A DNA stretch of 63,160 nucleotides, counting the filler, from Octopus bimaculoides (lineage: Eukaryota), in assembly GCF_001194135.2 (NCBI RefSeq). It is 3 parts of 3 records of this genome, joined end to end, with 100 filler letters (N's around TTAATTAATTAA, not from the genome) between each part and the next. Parts side by side here need not be neighbours in the genome. Positions count along the whole stretch, not along the records: positions 31,211 to 63,160 come from NC_068991.1; 2 more parts are not named here. The stretch is one strand, 5' to 3'. Both the position numbers and the translations under genes were made by a program. Numbering within the stretch: the first letter of the stretch is position 1; every line of letters begins with the position of its first letter. The notes beneath the pieces are model-generated. The model did no database searches and was not told where the DNA came from. It saw only the letters and a program-made list of their open reading frames with translations. Positions 53,893-63,160 of the stretch are shown here, piece by piece.

Positions 53893-53902
53893 NNNNNNNN
53901 NN

Positions 53903-53937
<35 letters not shown>

Positions 53938-55468
53938 CATAATAATAATAATAATAATGGCGGCAATTGATTTTATTATATTATATCACAATAACAACAA
54001 CAACAACAACAACAACAATGATAATAATAATAATGATGTTCCAGAAGGTGATGGAAATATTTTATATTTATATCTGCGCTCATCAACTATTTATTCCCTT
54101 AATATCATATCTCTGACAGATGTGACAGTTAGCTGCGTGTTTGATATATCTCCCCGTGGAAGACGTGTGATGTGGCATGTATTCACAGAAATATTTGCAT
54201 AGAATGTCTCTTTACACTCGAGCAGAAAGCAGAATATGTCACTTTTAATATGGCGGATTATGTTTATGATGAGTGTTTAATGATATTTTTGAGAATTGAT
54301 TCTCGTCTTACAAGTGGTAGAAGTTTCAACGTGTGAAGAATATAATACAGACAGCTAACCTATAAGAAAGCTTCTGTACGTTTTTAGACCTACTAGAAAT
54401 AACAACTAAATCTCACTCAAATTACATTCTACCCTTTTAAAATAAAATCAATCATGAGTAATCAACATGGATTTTAGACTTTCTAAATATAACAGCTAAT
54501 TTTCTCTCAAATTACATACAATGTTTCAAAGTAAAGGATGTAAACAACGGATAACATAGTAATGCTTAATAATCACGGCTGGAACAGAACTTAATAGAGA
54601 TATACTCGAACATCGCTGACCAGGGGCTAAACAACAAATGCCCAGAACAAATTCGATTAGTTAAGTGGTTATATAATTAGCCAATCAACAAATAATAAGT
54701 GAGTGGAACCAGTGCGTGTGTGTGTGTGTTATTGGCATAATGATCATCCCTAGATACAACATATCCAATAACTGACAACGAAAAAATCTGCGTCAGGTGG
54801 TTCGAATCTTTCCAACTTAAAGCAACCGTATTTTCTTATGTTTTATTTGCGCAATAATATGTTATATGCATGACAGTGATCAGATAATCAAAATATCAAA
54901 ATGACTCATTGATTGGATAAGATATCGAATAAAATGCATTGCTACGTTATTCCCTATAGCTCTCTTCGCTCAAAGTTCAAATTTCAATGAGTAGACACCC
55001 TACCTTTTTATTTGTCAGTCGAGCAATAGCATACTTCACATAACAGTAAAATCGTTTGAGCATCGAACAATTTAGCATTGTGCTGCATATTTTGTATGTT
55101 CACATTTTAAAGAATCTGTTTATGAAATCCCAAAAACTAACTCAGCTAAATGTAACATGAGTTCGTATGATCGCTATGCATCAACAGGAAGTTAGTTCTA
55201 CTAATGATTTACAAAGTTTAGAATGTCAACGATATTTCATGAGTTAAAACAACACGTGTAGTGAAGAGAAATAAGGCATTTGGTGAGTAAGTAACTGTGG
55301 TCAAGAACTGCAAAAGAGGATAACACCGAAATGCAAATTCATTGAAGATATAAATAAAAAAAAAAGAAAGGGTGAAATCGTGCGACATTTTCAATTTAAA
55401 TTATTGATTTGTTGTAAGACAAATAAAGTGGAAAGTCCAACTTGTGTGTGTTTGTATGTATGTATATA

Positions 55469-55507
<39 letters not shown>

Positions 55508-56139
55508 NNNNNNNNNNNNNNNNNNNNNNNNNNNNNNNNNNNNNNNNNNNNNNNNNNNNNNNNNNNNNNNNNNNNNNNNNNNNNNNNNNNNNNNNNNNNN
55601 NNNNNNNNNNNNNNNNNNNNNNNNNNNNNNNNNNNNNNNNNNNNNNNNNNNNNNNNNNNNNNNNNNNNNNNNNNNNNNNNNNNNNNNNNNNNNNNNNNNN
55701 NNNNNNNNNNNNNNNNNNNNNNNNNNNNNNNNNNNNNNNNNNNNNNNNNNNNNNNNNNNNNNNNNNNNNNNNNNNNNNNNNNNNNNNNNNNNNNNNNNNN
55801 NNNNNNNNNNNNNNNNNNNNNNNNNNNNNNNNNNNNNNNNNNNNNNNNNNNNNNNNNNNNNNNNNNNNNNNNNNNNNNNNNNNNNNNNNNNNNNNNNNNN
55901 NNNNNNNNNNNNNNNNNNNNNNNNNNNNNNNNNNNNNNNNNNNNNNNNNNNNNNNNNNNNNNNNNNNNNNNNNNNNNNNNNNNNNNNNNNNNNNNNNNNN
56001 NNNNNNNNNNNNNNNNNNNNNNNNNNNNNNNNNNNNNNNNNNNNNNNNNNNNNNNNNNNNNNNNNNNNNNNNNNNNNNNNNNNNNNNNNNNNNNNNNNNN
56101 NNNNNNNNNNNNNNNNNNNNNNNNNNNNNNNNNNNNNNN

Positions 56140-56170
<31 letters not shown>

Positions 56171-56697
56171 AATTCATACATACGTACATACTTACATACA
56201 GACAGACATACATACAAACAGACAGATAGACAGACAGATAATTATATAGGTTAGATAGATAGATAGATAGATAGATAGATATAAGGATAAGAGAAATTAT
56301 AGAGGGACCACATCTAGGCAATGAATACAAATTCCAAACACAATTTAAAGCCCACAACGAAATAAATATACAAATAAATATATATAAACAAGTGAATATA
56401 ATTACATGTAAAAGTCATATATGAAAACTATGCGTCATGTCCGTTAGGGTCAGGTACCGGATGGAGAAGTGACAGCTAAAGAGGCAAAAATCCAAGGTAA
56501 GGGCTTCCAAAAAGGAATTCTACCAGTAGATTAAGAATTTGACTTTTATATGAATGGTCGGAAGAAAATTCAACATTCTTCTGCAATTTTAGAACTCATA
56601 AATTTAGCTTCATAAGACGCCAACGTTAACTTCAACTTACGATGAAAGTAAACAAACAAATTTATAAGTTCTAAAATTGCAGAAGAATTCGTTACTG

Positions 56698-56769
56698 GGC
56701 AGTTTAGCTTAATGGTAAAGCATTTGACGCGTAATCGCAGGGATGTGAGTTCGAGTCTCATGGATGGCC
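56698..56769 (+). pseudogene. degenerate tRNA-like sequence (Thr-CGT-like anticodon), tRNA pseudogene or old SINE head
   Basis: 72 nt: perfect D stem GCTT/AAGC, T stem GTGAG/CTCAT with TTCGAGT loop; acceptor stem has 2 mismatches, anticodon stem 1 mismatch, U33 replaced by G. Confidence 0.6.
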
Positions 56770-58701
56770 GGTAACTGTGTTTTTCTGCAATGTATGGATA
56801 ATTTATCTTGATCACGCTATTTATTAGCATTATCACACGTTTGAGAACAAAAAATAATATGTATCTTTGTTTACTTTCATCGTTATATATATATATATTT
56901 TCTAAGCCTTGTAAAAGAACTCGGAAGGTTGGGCCTCCAACCAGGCCTTTCGCGACATGGAACTTTTCAACACTCCCTCCTATACTTGTGTATACATAAA
57001 CTCTCCCTCCCCACCCATATATATATGTGTTTATAGCAAAGGTATCATTATCTAGCTTATTTAGCCACGTATTTCTATCTTGTTGCACACCGCTTCGTCT
57101 TTAGCTGATTACTTATGTATAATAGCGTTTTCAATAGAATATATACTTAAGTTCAGGTCTTCGTTTATTTCCACTAATAAATAACTATATTCTTTGGTTG
57201 TAATAGTTGTAGTTGTTGCTGTGGATGGTCCTCCTCGTCTTCATCATCATCTTCTTCTCCTTCCACCTCTTCCTCCTCCCTCTCCTACTTTCCTTCCACC
57301 GCCACACTTCCTCTGCTATTATTCTCAGCCAGCCATGTTCTTCCTGTCATTTCCTATAAATTGTAATTAGTCGAACAATTTAATAACCGATTACCTTCCA
57401 TCTTGTTTTGATATCCCTGGAGAAATAAAAGCAGCTGTCAGGGCGACAGTGGTCCACGGCGCATCGGCGTCGCAGTCGTTGTCATCATCATCATCATCAT
57501 CATAATCATCACCATCATCATCACCCTCCTCCTCATCCTCCTCCTCATCATCATCACGATGTTAGTCGTTTTCGCCATCGTCGTCGTCGTCATCGTCATC
57601 ATCATCATCATCATCAACACCATGTTTTCTGTTATCCGCTCCCCCAACACCGTTCGTAGTTCTCGTTTTTCGCAGTCTAGCTCCTGTTAGCTAGCTGTAG
57701 TATCAGGAACAAGTGGAATCTCCAGTGAAAAGAAAGCGGCGAAATTGATAAAGTTCACGGCTTAAATTGAATTCCATTATAAATCTATCACTTTAGAGTC
57801 GAATGCAGCATCTGTGGAACCGAGTCGTTTATCTGCTTTCTTAAATTGCCCGAAAAGCGATTCGTTGAAAACATTTGAAAAATTAGTTATCCTAAATGAA
57901 TTTATCCCCATCACCTGAGCCGCGAATCTGTTTTGTTTTTGTATTTCTTTTGACGCTAATTTCCTTTCATTTAATGTCATACTTCTTCGAATACAACCGT
58001 CGCCTGTACAATGTCGTATTTAGTCACTTTACAAGCCTATCTGCTTTCATTGTACGCTGACGTTCTTTCTTGGTCATTAAACACAAGTTATCCGCAAAGC
58101 ACTGTCAGAAATTTTCACGTTAAGATTCGTATTTATGTGTAATTAACGTTGAGATATTGTGGAAGAGATTGACCACGTCTGCTCCATTGGCTGGAAACAT
58201 TGTAACTTTCAATCAACAACTGTTTTCTGTAGATGCGAACTCAAAATGGCGCATAATTCTCTATAACTAGTCTCCTGTTGTTCTCACAGAAGTGGACGTA
58301 ATATAATTTTGTGAAGCAATCAAATAATTGTTACTGGTCTACTGTACATCGGAAATATTAAAGTATTTGAACACTCTGTTATGAAAATATGATGATTTTT
58401 GTTTCCACGATGATGGGTGTGATGTACCTAGCACCTCATTATAGTTTTAGCTCACCACTGCAAACGTCTTATATATAAGGATGCATGTATGTACATCCGT
58501 ACGTATGTATGTACGTTTATATGTATGTATGTATGTATGCATGAATGTATATATGTATGTGTCTCCTGTATTTAATCATTTAAATTCTTCCACTGAAGAA
58601 AGAGCAGGTTCCTAACAAAGACACAAAGCACCATATTTGGGATGTAGATATCTGTATATGTATGTATGTATGTATGTATGTAATTTATGTATGTATGTAT
58701 G

Positions 58702-59502
58702 TACTAGCTGACGTACCCGGTAATTCCCGAGAAAGCGGGCTTATCCCTTGGTTCCGTTCTCATAATTGTTTGCTAATCCAATGACAACAATGCAAGGCAT
58801 GTAACCCTTAAAACGTTTTTTGTGCATTTGCAGAGAATACCGAACTTTCTTATACAGGATCTTGTTTTTAGGAATTTCCCATATGTTATGAACACCCAGA
58901 TTGTGAAGTCAGTTATGTAATAACATGAAATTAGTTACCCGATAGTAAGAATTCACATAAACTAGCCCCGAAAAGGGATTTAATGCGTTCCCAGAATATA
59001 TAGAACTTAGGAGGAAATACTAATAATGTATGTATACTAAAATCGTGAAGCATGTTACGTAATAAAAGGCTAATCAGATATGAGATAATAACAATTCAAA
59101 GTAAATAACTCTGAAAAGGGCTTTTGTGCTTTCCCACAGAATATTATCCCAAAGGGGCGCTAGTGTTGGCATATTCGTGAATAAATCACTGACCAAAATC
59201 AGTGGATCTATTGTTTAGGAAAATACTATTTACTTGTTTAAGGGTTGATTTATACCAAATGATTTAAAAAATTAATGAGCTATTTCCCTTGGCTGTTAAA
59301 ACCTGGTTAGGATGAAATATATTTAGATATATAAGAGGTTCCCTTCCAGGGGTCCTATTATCGATTTTTCAACTCTCTGAGTATACCATGAGGTTTCCAG
59401 ACATGAATTCTACTCACGTGACAAGTTTCATCAAAATTCATAAAACGATGTAGGAGTTAGCTAACAACTTAACAAACGCACCCACAGAAAGAATTTCTGA
59501 CG
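58702..59502 (+). mobile_element. non-autonomous Helitron-like (Lep1/DINE-like) element
   Basis: Starts TACTAGCTGACGTACCCGG; 3' part CAAGTTTCATCAAAAT..TAGGAGTTAG..AACAAAC..ACAGA resembles remembered Lep1-type ends; flanked by (GTAT)n. Confidence 0.45.
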
Positions 59503-60045
59503 TATGTATGTATGTATGTATGTATGTATGTATGTATGTATGTATTCTTGTACGTACGTAGTGTGTGTGATTGTATATGTATTCATGTATGGATGTATGT
59601 ATGCATGTATGTACGTACGTGTATGTGTGTTTGTAAATGTATGTTTGTATGTACGCATGTATGTTTGTATGTATGCATGCTTGTGTGTTTTTCTTTGAGT
59701 TTATTTAAGTGCTTCTTGCGAGAGATCAAGCCGGTTGCTAATAAAGACTTTCTGTGTTAAGAGAGTTCCCGGTGTTTGTAGAGATGTGATTGAGTTAGTG
59801 TGTGAGCTGAACTGTCAATGCATACACCCAAGTGCGTACATCTATTTGTCTAAAGAATTTCAGATGCAGAAGCTTTGAAATGCTTTACAAATTTTCACTT
59901 CGTCACTAATAGATTGGATTTGGAGAATCTGCGTCAGTTTCTTTTGCTCTTGCTTCAAAAATCTAGTATTTCTAGTAAATTTGTTGGTATATAGCCTAAT
60001 GCACCTATGATGATAGGTACAAATGAAAATATGTACATATGTATG

Positions 60046-60103
<58 letters not shown>

Positions 60104-60224
60104 NNNNNNNNNNGAACGAAAACACCTAAAGCTCCACGAGGCTCCGGCAGGGGATGGTGGTGAACCCTGCTGTACTCTTTCACCACAACTATCTCTCACT
60201 CTTACCTCCCGTTTCTGTTGTGCC

Positions 60225-60400
60225 TGTAATTTAAAGGGCCAGCCTTGTCACACTGTGTCACGCTGAATATCCCTGAGAACTACGTTAAGGGTACACGCGT
60301 CTGTGGAGTGCTCAGCCACTTGCACGTTAATTTCAGGAGCAGGCTGTTACGTTGATCGGATCAACTGGACCCTTCGTCGTCGTAAGCGACGGAGTGCCAA
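60225..60400 (+). mobile_element. SINE family D 3' part
   Basis: CCTTGTCACACTGTGTCACGCTGAAT..GAGAACTACGTTAAGGGTACACG..GCACGTTAATTTC. Confidence 0.8.
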
Positions 60401-60726
60401 CAACAACAACATGTGTGTGTATGTGTATATGTATGTATGATTGTATGCATGTATATTTGTATGTGTCTGTATCTATGTGGTGACTGTCTAACTGAGACGC
60501 GTGTGCTTTGTTCTCTCTAGTTTTTCTCCGTCTTTCTATACAATAGTGTATAGCTGACATATAAAAGACTTCAAATTTTTCTTGAGCGCAAAACTAACAC
60601 AACTTTTTTTTTACCTGGTCTCTCTGATTTCTTTTGATATTATACCATGTGTATGTATGTATGTCTGTAGTGTAGTGCATGTATGTATGTAATTATTTAT
60701 AGTTCTATATTTAAAAGATGAAGAAT

Positions 60727-61023
60727 AATGTACATTGTTTACATTATTTACATTTGACGGATATTTGTCCTCATCTTTGTTGTTAACACAACGTTTCGGC
60801 TGATATACCTTCCTGCCTTCATCAGATGTCTTGGAGAAATTTTGATCCTGGGTTCTCATTCCTAAGGCATTTTCGTTGTTGTTGATATTATTATTATCAT
60901 TATTATCATTATTACTATCATTAATATTATTATTATTATTATTATTCAAGTCACTGCCAGGAATCGAACTCAGAATGTTGGGGTTAGTAGCCCGCGCTCT
61001 TAACCACCACTCTATATGCCCGT
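60727..61023 (-). mobile_element. tRNA-headed SINE family E with internal (AAT)n and hammerhead-ribozyme motif
   Basis: Head GGGCATATAGAGTGGTGGTTAAGAGCGCG..GAGTTCGATTCCTGG (A/B boxes); a sister copy lies at 61611-61835 (+). Confidence 0.85.
60785..60830 (-). ncRNA. minimal type-I hammerhead ribozyme motif (Penelope-like)
   Basis: GACAT-CTGATGA-A-GGC(AGGAAGGTATATCA)GCC-GAAA-CGTT^GTGTT; conserved core, palindromic stem III (ACGT), GUU triplet, 5-bp stem I with two G-U pairs. Confidence 0.6.
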
Positions 61024-61610
61024 TGTGTTAAGAACAAAAAAAGATGAGGACAAATATCCGTCAAATTTAAATCATGTAAATAATGTAATTAACTATTAAT
61101 TTCTATTAAAATAAGGGTCAGGCCTGGATGTGTGGTAAGAGGTTTACTTCCGTAACATATGATTCAGTGCCACTGCAAAAGGTGATCGATAACGNNNNNN
61201 NNNNNNNNNNNNNNNNNNNNNNNNNNNNNNNNNNNNNNNNNNNNNNNNNNNNNNNNNNNNNNNNNNNNNNNNNNNNNNNNNNNNNNNNNNNNNNNNNNNN
61301 NNNNNNNNNNNNNNNNNNNNNNNNNNNNNNNNNNNNNNNNNNNNNNNNNNNNNNNNNNNNNNNNNNNNNNNNNNNNNNNNNNNNNNNNNNNNNNNNNNNN
61401 NNNNNNNNNNNNNNNNNNNNNNNNNNNNNNNNNNNNNNNNNNNNNNNNNNNNNNNNNNNNNNNNNNNNNNNNNNNNNNNNNNNNNNNNNNNNNNNNNNNN
61501 NNNNNNNNNNNNNNNNNNNNNNNNNNNNNNNNNNNNNNNNNNNNNNNNNNNNNNNNNNNNNNNNNNNNNNNNNNNNNNNNNNNNNNNNNNNNNNNNNNNN
61601 NNATATACAT

Positions 61611-61689
61611 ACGGGCATATGGCGTAGTGGTTAAGAGCGCGAGCTACCAACCCCAAGGTTCCGAGTTCGATTCCAGGCAGTGGAATAAA

Positions 61690-61730
<41 letters not shown>

Positions 61731-61835
61731 CAGCATCAGAAAATACCTTAGGAATACCTTAGGAATGAGAACCCAGGTTAACAACAAACAAGATTAGGAC
61801 AAACATCCGTCAAATGTAAATAATGCAAATAACGT
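61611..61835 (+). mobile_element. SINE family E copy lacking the hammerhead segment
   Basis: GGGCATATGGCGTAGTGGTTAAGAGCGCG..CGAGTTCGATTCCAGG, (AAT)n, GAGAACCCAGG|TTAACAACAAAC: 60 nt shorter than the minus copy. Confidence 0.85.
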
Positions 61836-62159
61836 ACGTAATTTCTCATCTGTCTGTCTGACCGTATGTCTCTCTGTTAATGTAAATACAGATATATCCC
61901 GATCACACTCATGCGCATATTCGAAAACCCGAATACCTTCCATAACACAGATGGCATTGTGTCAGAGTTTAATGCACTTCCACTGTACAGGTAGAATTTT
62001 TATCGCAGTCAGCAGGCAATGCGGTCAAATTGAACTTATTGAATTTCGAACCCAAATCGCAGACTGCTTGAACAAATATTGTAACACTTTCCATTCCCTA
62101 TTCTGACAGCTCTAACAATGGAGCACCTACACATCCGCTCCCAGATGTATGTATGTATA

Positions 62160-62191
<32 letters not shown>

Positions 62192-63106
62192 GCATGTATA
62201 TTTGTATCTAAGTATGTATGTATGTGTGTGTTTGTGCATACGTGTGTGTGAGTGTGTGTGTGTGTGTGTGTGGGTATACATCAACAAGGTAAAATAATCT
62301 AATATATTTTATATCAAAGTATTCAAATTTTATCAACTCTAGCCAAACATCATAAAAGAAACCGAAGAAAATTAAATTGCAAAGCCAGGTACGGTGGAAT
62401 CGCTATCGAATATTTTCAAATTTAGTTGAGAGCAGAGGCTGAACAAAGATAGCAAAAGCCATTATAGGTTTCTCAAAGATTAGATTAGTCAATTAATTAA
62501 ATTACTTTAAGTATACTCTGATTGTATTTGATACGGATTAAAATGGCGGTGATACAATAAAGCAGGTGATTTTTCGATCTGGGGGTCATAAAATATGATA
62601 TAGATATCATGTGTACAATTGATATCTCTTATAAAATGACGCTTTGATAGCTATAATACTATCGTTTGATAATATCGCTTAATATTTTTACAGATATTGT
62701 GTATGTATGTGTGAATCTATATATATATGTATATATATATATATAATATACATCATATATATATGTATGTATATACATACACAATTGTGTGCGTATGGGT
62801 GATTGCGACTCTCTCTCTCTCTCTCTCTCTGCTCCTCTCTCTTTGTCAGCGTTCGTTGTATATACAGATATGAGTGTGAGCGAGGGATCGGACGTTTTAT
62901 TCTTATCTATTCTTATATGTTATGTTATTTTTATGACATATTTCTTTATCATAGACACCTATGCGATACTTAAATACAAACACATACAAACATACACTAG
63001 GCATATATAAGCAAAATAATATCTATAATTAAATATTCGCAGCCCCACTAATACGCGTGCACACCACCACCACTGCCATATACAAGAGTATATATGTATA
63101 TATATA

Positions 63107-63158
<52 letters not shown>

Positions 63159-63160
63159 TA

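Noticed and set aside
56447-56500. Possible exon GQVPDGEVTAKEAKIQ with donor AAG|GTAAGG
   Set aside because: Weak polypyrimidine tract, 49 nt frame-shifting length, no homology.
56698-56769. Functional tRNA-Thr(CGT) gene
   Set aside because: Two acceptor-stem mismatches, an anticodon-stem mismatch and loss of U33; kept only as tRNA-like.
56570-57088. 172-aa minus-strand ORF, the longest gap-free ORF in the track
   Set aside because: It runs antisense through a (TA) tract, a tRNA-like element and a hairpin, with no recognisable domain.
57777-57980. 67-aa minus-strand ORF in a unique island
   Set aside because: An in-frame stop lies 14 codons upstream; no splice or homology support.

Overview
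AT-rich, microsatellite- and retroposon-dense metazoan genomic DNA from a gapped assembly (about 4 kb of N). The repeat landscape suggests a cephalopod such as Octopus (inference). The one clear protein-coding exon (3319-3597, +) encodes the N-terminus of a BICD-family-like dynein cargo adaptor (BICDL1/BICDR type, CC1-box AAELG) and ends at a phase-0 GTAAGT donor. I could not find its next exon, so most of the window appears to be one very long intron. That interval holds at least four tRNA-headed SINE families, mariner relics and MITEs, LINE relics (Penelope GIY-YIG, L1/Tx1, R4, HERO/NeSL-like), a Helitron-like element and many simple repeats. Best leads: (1) a tRNA-headed SINE carrying a Penelope-type minimal hammerhead ribozyme, with an inverted tail fragment starting near the predicted cleavage site and a sister copy lacking the ribozyme (60727-61835); (2) a candidate alternative first coding exon (23762-23865) that would give a CC1-box-less adaptor isoform; (3) a (TTAGGG)4 insertion inside a SINE. 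Most ORFs in the supplied track are microsatellite or N-gap artefacts.
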